Source of the DNA: Candidatus Poribacteria bacterium
GTDB taxonomy: Bacteria > Poribacteria > WGA-4E > WGA-3G
Direction: 5' to 3'
Assembly (NCBI GenBank): GCA_012270875.1
Contig: JAAXHI010000558.1
Coordinates: 1,952-58,580, forward strand
DNA: 56,629 nucleotides
Part shown: positions 44,828 through 52,773 of the stretch, in pieces
Position numbering within the stretch: the first letter of the stretch is position 1
Layout: each line of letters begins with the position of its first letter
Notes under the pieces: model-generated
Databases searched by the model: none
Seen by the model: the letters and a program-made list of their open reading frames with translations, nothing else
Told to the model about the DNA's origin: nothing
Translations under genes and position numbers: made by a program

Positions 44828-46675
44828 TTACGAATGCTTGCCGATACCGCATTTCTCGCGCAATTCTTCTAACGTGTAGGTGTTGATGACTTCGGATTTG
44901 GTGAGCCAACCCCGACGGGCAACATTTAAACCGGTGCGTCGGTGTGCCAACTGTGGGATACCGTGTGCGTCTGTATTGACGGACAGTAGCACCCCTGCAT
45001 CTTTCGCCATCCGTACAAACTGAGGGTCCAAATCCAATCGGCTCGGGGATCCGTTAATCTCCAAAACCGTGTTATTTTCTGCAGCCGCCGCAATAACGTC
45101 CTCAAGATTCAACGGATAGCCGTGTCTGTGCCCGAGCATCCTACCTGTCGGATGACCGATGATATTGACAAATGGGTTCTCAATCGCGCGAGTGATCCGC
45201 TTTGTCATCTCAACTTCTGTTAATGTGAAATGACTATGAACGCTTGCGACAACAACATCAAGTTGTGCTAAAATCTCATCAGGGAAATCCAGCGTGCCGT
45301 TCCGCCGAATATCGACCTCAGACCCCGCAAGCACCGTGATCCCCTCGACCGCCGCATCGAATTCGCGAACCCGCGCGACTTGTTCAAGAAGTCGTTCCTG
45401 ATCCAAACCGTTTGCGACAGTAGAAGACACAGAATGATCCGTAATAGTGAAGTATTCAAAACCTTCTGCTTTTGCTGCCGCCACCATCTCTTGAAGCGTA
45501 TTTCGTCCGTCACTCCAGTTAGTATGTGCGTGCAAGTCGCCTCGCAAGTCAGTAAATTCAACGAGAACCGGCAACCTATTGTCTTTAGCCGCTGCGACCG
45601 ATGTGCCATCCTGTCGAAGTTCAGGTGGAATATACGAGAGCCCAAGTGCGTCGTAGATACCCGCTTCTGTTATCCCGTGCTCAATCGTTTGCAGGGAAGA
45701 ACAATCCGGTAACGCCTCAAAATGGGCATCCGCTGCTGTCGTTAAGAATAGGGTGAGTTCAAACGTGGCAGCGGTGCAAAGATAGATAGAGACCGGAAAC
45801 TCTTGGTCAACATAGAATTGAATTACGGGGAGCATATCGCGGACATCATTCGTCGGTTCGCTTTGACTTTTTTCAACGAGAGATGCGCTGTTGCTGTCAT
45901 ATATGCATTGGGTGTGATCGGCTGTTCTAAAAACTATTTGCGTTTGCGAAAAGGGTTCAAGAAACGTTTGCAGCGGCGCAGGGACGCCCCCATTCTCAAA
46001 CCGGTATGCTGTTTCGCCTTCACATTCAACAATTAATTCTATACCTCGACAGATCTCTTCGTGTCGCCGTAGATGTCCAGTGAGTTCGGGTCCCCGTTTT
46101 ATCCATTCCGTCCCCATCAATTGCGCCAAACTCTCGGAAATCTGTTCTGCGATCTGTAAAACGTTCCGTAAGGGTCGCGCCTTTCGCAGCTGCATCCGAA
46201 ACGTCAAACTCTCATCTATCATCTGAAGGGTCTTTTTTCCAATCCCCTTCATACCTCTCATCTTTCCGCTCTCCAGCAATGCTCGGAGGTCCTCAAGATT
46301 CCGTACACCGAGTTCCTGATAGAATCTACTGACAGTCTTCACACCGACCCCTCGAAGTTCAAGCACTTCAAGTATCCCGGTCCCCATTTCCGCTGTGAGA
46401 TCATCGTAGAATTTGCAACGTCCAGTTTCCAGCATCTCAATCGTCTTGTCTTGAATAGCTTTCCCGATGCCGGGTGTTGCCCAGAGTTGTTCAACTGCCT
46501 CCGGATCGTAACTGGGTGCGTCTTGTTTAGCGGTTTCGCCGGACAATTCACGCGGGAATTTTTCGATTACATCGGCTGCGCGCTCATAAATTCGTGCGCG
46601 GAATGCGTCGTCGCCCCGGATTTGTAGGAGGGATCCGATGGCACGGAATACAATACTAATCTCACGATTTGTCAT
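44828..46675 (-). CDS. polX: Family X DNA polymerase with a C-terminal PHP domain (PolX); the polymerase catalytic carboxylates appear substituted
   Basis: Track ORF 44828..46747 is trimmed to the internal ATG (MTNREISIV) to avoid overlap with ftsX. HhH motifs 'GIGKAIQ' and 'GVGVKT' are present. PHP motifs 'DLHAHTNWSDG', 'ITDHS' and 'VNTDAH' are intact. The palm motif reads 'GHLRRHEEICRGIELIV' instead of GS.RRG.E...D.D.l. Confidence 0.82.
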   Translation of the reverse strand: MTNREISIVFRAIGSLLQIRGDDAFRARIYERAADVIEKFPRELSGETAKQDAPSYDPEAVEQLWATPGIGKAIQDKTIEMLETGRCKFYDDLTAEMGTGILEVLELRGVGVKTVSRFYQELGVRNLEDLRALLESGKMRGMKGIGKKTLQMIDESLTFRMQLRKARPLRNVLQIAEQISESLAQLMGTEWIKRGPELTGHLRRHEEICRGIELIVECEGETAYRFENGGVPAPLQTFLEPFSQTQIVFRTADHTQCIYDSNSASLVEKSQSEPTNDVRDMLPVIQFYVDQEFPVSIYLCTAATFELTLFLTTAADAHFEALPDCSSLQTIEHGITEAGIYDALGLSYIPPELRQDGTSVAAAKDNRLPVLVEFTDLRGDLHAHTNWSDGRNTLQEMVAAAKAEGFEYFTITDHSVSSTVANGLDQERLLEQVARVREFDAAVEGITVLAGSEVDIRRNGTLDFPDEILAQLDVVVASVHSHFTLTEVEMTKRITRAIENPFVNIIGHPTGRMLGHRHGYPLNLEDVIAAAAENNTVLEINGSPSRLDLDPQFVRMAKDAGVLLSVNTDAHGIPQLAHRRTGLNVARRGWLTKSEVINTYTLEELREKCGIGKHS

Positions 46676-46703
46676 CTCACCAATCTCCGAGAGCCAAGGA
46701 CTG

Positions 46704-47561
46704 TTATGCCAATTTCCGATGTGCGACGAAACCGACGAGTAACCCAATTACCATCTCACCGACAATAACCAAAATAGTGTGATAAATTGTTAGGAAACCG
46801 AACCCACCTAATTGAGATTTGAATACATAGACTATCCCGTAAAAGCAGCCGAGTCCACACAAAGCCCCAAGCCCGCCGAGGAAAAGCCCATGAATGATAA
46901 ATGGCGTAAGCAGGTGTCGTCGGAACATACCAAGCATCTTCATGAGGTAAATCTCGTCGGTGCGAGCAATCGCTGTCTTCTTGATAATCGAACCGATAAT
47001 GAACCACACGACAACAACCGTTACACCGATACCGATAAGCGTTGCTCGCTCTGAATCACGCAATTGATCCTTCAGCTGCCCCTGTCCAGTCAATAATACA
47101 TCTTCAATTTCGTCGTATGTTTTAATATCCAAGGCAATATGTTCTAATACTTTACGCGTTATCAATTCCTCATCTACATAAACATTGAGCGATGCCGGAA
47201 ATGGGTTTACGCCTTGGGTTTCTGCAAACGCTTCCTTAATCAGAACGCCTAAATCCTGAAACTCGGTTTCGCCGCGCGAAAGTTTCTCTGCCTTCGACGT
47301 ATAATCTACAGCAAGTATCTGACCATTTTTTTCTAACTGGCTAACTAATGTGCGACCTTTTACTTCATCTACTGTGTCTTTTAGAAAGGCTATAAGGGTA
47401 GGTGCTCGGTTTTTAAACTCGGACTGTCGTAATATGAATGAATGGTTTAACAGCAAAGTCGCGAGCAAGGCAGTAATGAATCCGATACCGATAATACCGA
47501 TCAGATTTGAAGTACCTGAGCGTGCGATATGAGATGTGGCATTTTTAAGACGATAGCCCAT
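46704..47561 (-). CDS. ftsX: Cell-division ABC transporter permease-like protein
   Basis: 285 aa. It has one N-terminal TM helix, a periplasmic domain and three C-terminal TM helices. It lies downstream of ftsE. Confidence 0.82.
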   Translation of the reverse strand: MGYRLKNATSHIARSGTSNLIGIIGIGFITALLATLLLNHSFILRQSEFKNRAPTLIAFLKDTVDEVKGRTLVSQLEKNGQILAVDYTSKAEKLSRGETEFQDLGVLIKEAFAETQGVNPFPASLNVYVDEELITRKVLEHIALDIKTYDEIEDVLLTGQGQLKDQLRDSERATLIGIGVTVVVVWFIIGSIIKKTAIARTDEIYLMKMLGMFRRHLLTPFIIHGLFLGGLGALCGLGCFYGIVYVFKSQLGGFGFLTIYHTILVIVGEMVIGLLVGFVAHRKLA

Positions 47562-47597
47562 TTTCAGTCTTCAGTTTTCAGTCTTCAGTTTTCAGTT
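47562..47597. repeat. Tandem 14-bp repeat (ttttcagtcttcag, ~2.6 copies) abutting the ftsX start codon
   Basis: Copies at 47561-47574 and 47575-47588 plus a partial. Confidence 0.85.
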
Positions 47598-47688
47598 TCG
47601 GCTTTTGATGCACAAACACGCTCTTTCAAACCTTTACTTTTTGAAGGGTCAGCGGCGAGAAAAAAATCTTGAACAATCAAATCCTCTT

Positions 47689-47724
47689 GTAACTGATAAC
47701 CGATAACTGATAACTGACAACTCC
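47689..47724. repeat. Short tandem 'ctgataac'-type repeat just downstream of the ftsE stop
   Basis: The sequence 'gtaactgataaccgataactgataactgacaactcc' is seen directly. Confidence 0.7.
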
Positions 47725-47731
47725 TCCTATG

Positions 47732-48379
47732 TCAATGGATGCCGCCATCCCGCAATTCAATAATCCGCTTATTACATTTTTCAGCGAGTTCGCGGTCCGT
47801 AGTTGCTACGAAGATAGTCATGCCTTGAAAATTAAGCGCATCAAGCAGTGCCATAACCTCAAGTGAAAGCCGCATATCTAAGCCTTCTGTAGGAGCATCC
47901 GCAATCAGCAACACCGGATTGTTGATAACTGCTCTGGCTATCGCAAGCCTTCGCTGTTCGTTGCTGGATATTTCCGTGGGTAAGGCATGTTGATGGTGGC
48001 TTAACCCCATTTGATGCAGGAGTTTGTTAACGTTCTCTTCAACAACTCGCGGTGCTACCCCTACCAACTTTTGTGGGAGTGCAAGATTTTCCTGAATCGT
48101 CTTATCCACCAAGAATTTGAAGTCTTGAAAGACAAGTCCTATCTTCTGTCGAAAGTAGGGCAGACTTACCTTGTCCAGCCTCGCGAGTTTTTGTCCAACC
48201 ACACTCAGATCACCGGCAATCGGCATCAAATCAGCGTATAACAGCCGTAACAGCGTTGTTTTCCCGGCACCGCTCGGACCTACAAGGAATACGAATTCAC
48301 CGCGCTCGACGCGAAAACTCACCTTCTCAAGCACGCTAAGCTCATTATAACTGAAACTGACTTGGTGGACCTGTATCAT
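47732..48379 (-). CDS. ftsE: Cell-division ABC transporter ATP-binding protein
   Basis: 215 aa. Walker A is 'GPSGAGKTT', the signature-like segment is 'ISSNEQRRLAIARA', and Walker B is 'LLIADAPTEGLD'. Confidence 0.9.
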   Translation of the reverse strand: MIQVHQVSFSYNELSVLEKVSFRVERGEFVFLVGPSGAGKTTLLRLLYADLMPIAGDLSVVGQKLARLDKVSLPYFRQKIGLVFQDFKFLVDKTIQENLALPQKLVGVAPRVVEENVNKLLHQMGLSHHQHALPTEISSNEQRRLAIARAVINNPVLLIADAPTEGLDMRLSLEVMALLDALNFQGMTIFVATTDRELAEKCNKRIIELRDGGIH

Positions 48380-50662
48380 TTATCCCTTTATATAGTCACA
48401 ATCCGATTTGTGACAACTCAGCGACACGGTCGTAGTCTCACTGTCTTTCACCTTTCTGGTTTTCTCAACAAGAAAAGGTGCGTTGCATGTCGGGCAAGGC
48501 TCAGGCACCGGTTTATCCCATGTAGAAAACTCACACTTCGGATAGTTACTGCATCCGTAAAAGACTTTACCACGTCGGCTGCGACGCTCACCGAGATACC
48601 CCTCACAATCCGGTTCAGGACAGTCAATCCCCATCGGAATTGGTTTCGCATTTTTGCATTTCGGGTATCCACTGCACGACAAAAATTTCGCGCCCGCGCG
48701 GCTCACCCTGATAACCATCGGTTTACCGCACTTATCACATGCGGTGTCGGTCAGTTCCGGCTCTTCAGTCGGTGTGTCATCAGCGTTCAAGGCTTTGATA
48801 TTCTGACACTCTGGATAGTTAGCACATCCGAGAAAACGTCCATATCTCCCCCATTTGACGATCATGTTCCCGCCACACTTTTCACATTTCTCGTCCGACT
48901 GTTCCTCCATCGCCTTTCGGGCTTCATACATCTTATCGGGTGCTTTATCGATCGCTTTTTGGAAGTCAGGATAAAATTGCTCTAAAGTTTGCACCCACGC
49001 GACTTTACCATCGGCAATGGTATCCAGGTCCTCTTCCATTTTCGCTGTGAATTCAACATCAACGATCTTCGGAAATCCGTGTATCAGGAGTTCATTAACA
49101 AGTCTGCCAACATCTGTAGGTAAGAGTCGCCCACGCTCCTTGGCGATATACTCCTTGGTAATCGTTGAGAGAATAGATGCGTAGGTACTCGGTCGTCCGA
49201 TCTCTTTTGCCTCCAGCATCTTGACGAGTGTCGCTTCGTTGTAACGTGGCGGCGGTTGCGTAAAATGCTGTTTCGGTTGTAATTTGCGAAGATTAAGCGC
49301 GTCACCTTCTTTAACGACAGGCAAACTGACATCCTCTTCATCTGACGCATTCCCATCAGCAGCGACATCATCCATACCTTCCATGTAGATACGCCTGAAC
49401 CCATCAAATTTGATAACTGAACCGGTGGCGCGGAAAAGATAAGTGCCAGCCTTGATGTCAATTGTTGTGGCATCCAGAATCGCAGGATTCATCTGACACG
49501 CGATGAACCGCATCCAGATAAGCTCATAAAGACTGTATTGATCCTTGTTCAGATAAGGCTTCAATTCGGATGGCGTACGTAACGGCACCGTCGGACGGAT
49601 CGCCTCATGTGCGTCTTGCGCGCCCTTCTTGCTTCGATAACTCACTGCCCGACCCGGCAGATATTCTGTCCCATACGTCGCTTTAATATAGTCCCGTGCG
49701 GCTCCGAGTGCTTCTTGGGCGATACGCGTTGAATCAGTCCGCATATAGGTAATAAGTCCAACAGAACCCTCGCTCCCGATCTCTAACCCTTCATAGAGTT
49801 GTTGCGCAACAAGCATCGTCTTTTTGGCAGTAAATCGAAGTTTTCGAGAGGCTTCCTGTTGCAAAGTACTTGTGATAAAGGGGGCGACAGGTTTCTGCTT
49901 CCGTTCCCGTTTTTGGACCTTTTCAACAATATAATTGTGTGTTTTTGCGTCTGCAGCGAGTTCTTTTGCCCGCGCTTCATCTATCCGAAACCCGTAGTTA
50001 TTAATCTCACCTTTCTTGCTGCCAATTTTATGTAACTTTGCGAGAAAAGGGTGTTCAACCTCGGTAGGGGTCAAGGTTGCAGTGAGTGTCCAATATTCTT
50101 CAGGTTTAAAAGCATCAATCTCTGCCTCGCGTTCACAGATAAGCCGGACCGCAACCGACTGGACTCTCCCCGCACTCAGCCTCGGTTTGACGCTACGCCA
50201 TAAAATAGGGCTAATCAGGTATCCTACAAGTCGGTCCAAAACACGTCGCGCCTGTTGCGCATCGACGAGCGCCATATTAATCTCACCCGGCTCTTGAATG
50301 GCATCTAAAATAGCACTTTTGGTGACTTCGTTGTAGGTTATCCGATAAATAGGTTTCTTTGCTTTCTTCAGTTCTTCAGCGAGATGCCAACAGATGGCTT
50401 CACCTTCTCGATCCGGATCCGCGGCAAGATAGATATTATCAACCTTACGCGCTTCATCTTGAAGGGTTTTTACGACTTTACCTTTCCCCCGAATAAGGAC
50501 GTATTTCGGTGTAAAGGCATTTTCAATGTCAACCCCAAGCTCCCGCTTCGGTAAGTCTCGGATATGCCCAACCGACGAGTCGACAATATAATCCTTGCCT
50601 AAAATCTTTTTGATAGTTTTCGCTTTCGCCGGCGATTCAACAACGACGAGTGACTTTGGCAT
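48380..50662 (-). CDS. topA: DNA topoisomerase I
   Basis: 760 aa. The TOPRIM N-terminus is 'LVVVESPAKAKTIKK'. 'GLITYMRTDS' holds the active-site Tyr region. Multiple C-terminal CxxC zinc ribbons are present. Confidence 0.97.
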   Translation of the reverse strand: MPKSLVVVESPAKAKTIKKILGKDYIVDSSVGHIRDLPKRELGVDIENAFTPKYVLIRGKGKVVKTLQDEARKVDNIYLAADPDREGEAICWHLAEELKKAKKPIYRITYNEVTKSAILDAIQEPGEINMALVDAQQARRVLDRLVGYLISPILWRSVKPRLSAGRVQSVAVRLICEREAEIDAFKPEEYWTLTATLTPTEVEHPFLAKLHKIGSKKGEINNYGFRIDEARAKELAADAKTHNYIVEKVQKRERKQKPVAPFITSTLQQEASRKLRFTAKKTMLVAQQLYEGLEIGSEGSVGLITYMRTDSTRIAQEALGAARDYIKATYGTEYLPGRAVSYRSKKGAQDAHEAIRPTVPLRTPSELKPYLNKDQYSLYELIWMRFIACQMNPAILDATTIDIKAGTYLFRATGSVIKFDGFRRIYMEGMDDVAADGNASDEEDVSLPVVKEGDALNLRKLQPKQHFTQPPPRYNEATLVKMLEAKEIGRPSTYASILSTITKEYIAKERGRLLPTDVGRLVNELLIHGFPKIVDVEFTAKMEEDLDTIADGKVAWVQTLEQFYPDFQKAIDKAPDKMYEARKAMEEQSDEKCEKCGGNMIVKWGRYGRFLGCANYPECQNIKALNADDTPTEEPELTDTACDKCGKPMVIRVSRAGAKFLSCSGYPKCKNAKPIPMGIDCPEPDCEGYLGERRSRRGKVFYGCSNYPKCEFSTWDKPVPEPCPTCNAPFLVEKTRKVKDSETTTVSLSCHKSDCDYIKG

Positions 50663-50941
50663 GTTTTATTCCTATTTTTATATTTGATTGCGTAAGTACC
50701 GGTTAAGTGTACACCGGTCTCGATTTAATATCAGCAGTTTTTCGCCAAAGATAACAACAAATGTCTAAAGAACGTTTACACTGACGCGAACTTTTCTAAC
50801 AGCGCGCGATTAGGCAATAACTATACGCTTTTATTAACGACTAATGCTGATAACGGTTTCATACGCTATTCGTTAGCGTGTTTATGTTAGTTACAATAGC
50901 ACAAATTTTGTTTTTCAGACTGGGGAAGATAGGTTCACTAC

Positions 50942-51715
50942 TTAGGATGCAAAATCAATCAGATCAATAAGCCTTTGTCGCATATCAGCGCGATGAACGA
51001 TAGCATCAATAAAGCCGTGCTCTAATAAGGACTCTGCCTTCTGAAAGTTTTCAGGCAATTCTTCACGGAGGCTCGCAACAGCTAACGGACCCGCAAACCC
51101 GATTCGCGCACCAGGTTCAGCGATAATTACATCGCCAAGCGATGTATAACTTGCAGTCGCACCACCAAAGGTCGGATCGGTGACAACGGAGATATAAAAA
51201 ATTCCGGCTTTAGCATATTCAGCACAAGCAGCAGCAGTTTTCGCCATCTGCATCAAAGCCAGGGTCCCCTCCTGCATCCGCATGCCACCACTGACAGAAA
51301 CAATCACTAAGGGTAATCTGTTTTCGAGGGCGCGTTCAATACATCGGGTAACCTTTTCGCCGATGACAGAACCACAAGTTCCGCCTATAAACCCAACATC
51401 ACCAATCGCAATAGCGGCACGGGAACCACCAATTTCGGCTATCCCCGAAAGCATCTCGGACCTGAGTCCTGTTTTGGCGACATCCCTTTCCAGTTTCTGC
51501 GGATATTCGGGAAATTCTAACGAATCTATTGAGTAGAGGTTCGCATCGTATTCCTCAAAACTATCTGCATCTATAATGAGGTCGAGCCGCTCGTAAGCAC
51601 TCATATAATGATGGTGGCCGCAGTGCGGACACACTTTCAGATTATCAGCGAATGTCTTTGCCGGAATCTGTGTTCCGCAATTTCTACATGAAATTATTTT
51701 TGAAGTTTCGGACAT
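50942..51715 (-). CDS. accD: Acetyl-CoA carboxylase carboxyltransferase beta subunit
   Basis: 257 aa. The N-terminal Zn ribbon is 'CRNCGTQ...CPHCGHH'. 'GGSMG'-like 'GGTCGSVIGEK' and 'SGGMRMQEG' are present. Confidence 0.92.
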   Translation of the reverse strand: MSETSKIISCRNCGTQIPAKTFADNLKVCPHCGHHHYMSAYERLDLIIDADSFEEYDANLYSIDSLEFPEYPQKLERDVAKTGLRSEMLSGIAEIGGSRAAIAIGDVGFIGGTCGSVIGEKVTRCIERALENRLPLVIVSVSGGMRMQEGTLALMQMAKTAAACAEYAKAGIFYISVVTDPTFGGATASYTSLGDVIIAEPGARIGFAGPLAVASLREELPENFQKAESLLEHGFIDAIVHRADMRQRLIDLIDFAS

Positions 51716-51761
51716 TTCTCAGCAATCAATGGAGTGCAATCAGAAAGCACTCGTGAAAATA

Positions 51762-51823
51762 GGCGAGGTTGCAAACCTCGCCAATAAGATAAAACGGAAG
51801 AGGACGAGGTTACAAACCTCGCC
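51762..51823. repeat. Two related 9-bp-stem hairpins (ggcgaggtt-gca-aacctcgcc and gacgaggtt-aca-aacctcgcc)
   Basis: Hairpins at 51762-51782 and 51803-51823, between the stop of the LamG gene and the start of accD (both on the minus strand). They may act as terminators or REP elements. Confidence 0.6.
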
Positions 51824-51854
51824 AGCAAAAGATTAGATTCAGTTATAGGTTCTA

Positions 51855-52634
51855 CTATAGTCCTGCCTTAAGACGGCCCCAAGTCGTTGAAAGTTTCCCT
51901 GCTGCTTCAACATCGAGCGCTTCCGCGCCCTGGTCCATGAAAGTATTAATTTCATCCTCGCTCAATGCGCGATTCCAGAGGCGGACTTCGTCGATAATAC
52001 CAGCAAAAACGTAGTTCAGACGGTCACAATCCTGTCCTACCCGCCACGGATCATCGTTGACTTTGAGCTTACCGGGCGTATCTCCTGCCTGTACCTCTTT
52101 GCCGTCATAGTAGATTTTGGTTTCCTTGGTGTCGTTGGTGAAAGTGATATGCACAAATTTCCCAGTGTCAGGCAAATCGGTTGCAATATCAGCGCGCCCC
52201 CCTTCGGTTTCAAGACGGATTTTGAAGACCGCGCCTTCACTGAAAACCCCATATTGGACCCTACCGCCGCATCCGCCATGAACGGATTTGCCAACGACTT
52301 GACGGACACCGTTCCATTCCTCGGAGTTGATCCACGCCATAAACGTGAATGCGTCCACGTTCAATGCATTCGTGCTCTCAACTGTGACAAAAACGTCACT
52401 GCCTGGACCGCCAAATTCCAACGCCTTTCCGAATTTACCATTAACCCATTCCGGATTGTCAATTACACCGTGATGATCGTTTCCGCTAAGGTCTTCGGCC
52501 TCGGCATCTTTCCCTTCATCATAAGGGTGGTATAGCACCAAGCCATCAAGAAACTCTTCTGGACCCGCAGACATCGCGAACGGCGTTAGCACCAAAAACG
52601 ATGCAATAACGCATAAACTAATAGCCAATTTCAT
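51855..52634 (-). CDS. Secreted LamG-domain protein with 'GKLSTTWGRLK' tail
   Basis: 259 aa. AAGGAGG RBS and a signal peptide. It has 'IIDEVRLWNRALSEDEI' and the terminal 'LDVEAAGKLSTTWGRLKAGL'. Confidence 0.82.
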   Translation of the reverse strand: MKLAISLCVIASFLVLTPFAMSAGPEEFLDGLVLYHPYDEGKDAEAEDLSGNDHHGVIDNPEWVNGKFGKALEFGGPGSDVFVTVESTNALNVDAFTFMAWINSEEWNGVRQVVGKSVHGGCGGRVQYGVFSEGAVFKIRLETEGGRADIATDLPDTGKFVHITFTNDTKETKIYYDGKEVQAGDTPGKLKVNDDPWRVGQDCDRLNYVFAGIIDEVRLWNRALSEDEINTFMDQGAEALDVEAAGKLSTTWGRLKAGL

Positions 52635-52773
52635 AATTAGATTTCCTCCTTAGGTTAAGTAAAGATAAAGTACTATAACAAAGGAAGAAATATCCGTCAA
52701 GTAAAATTAGTTTAAATTAGTTTATCAAGGAAGTCCAGAAGTTCTTATCCTGCTAACGCTCTCACTCCATATA

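Noticed and set aside
50663-50941. tRNA or other small RNA gene in the topA-accD intergenic region (and in the other large gaps 6332-6661 and 7805-8250)
   Set aside because: No T-loop (GGTTCGAAT-like) or cloverleaf-compatible inverted repeats were seen by eye. These gaps are better explained by promoters and the dispersed repeats. A tRNAscan/Infernal run would be needed for certainty.
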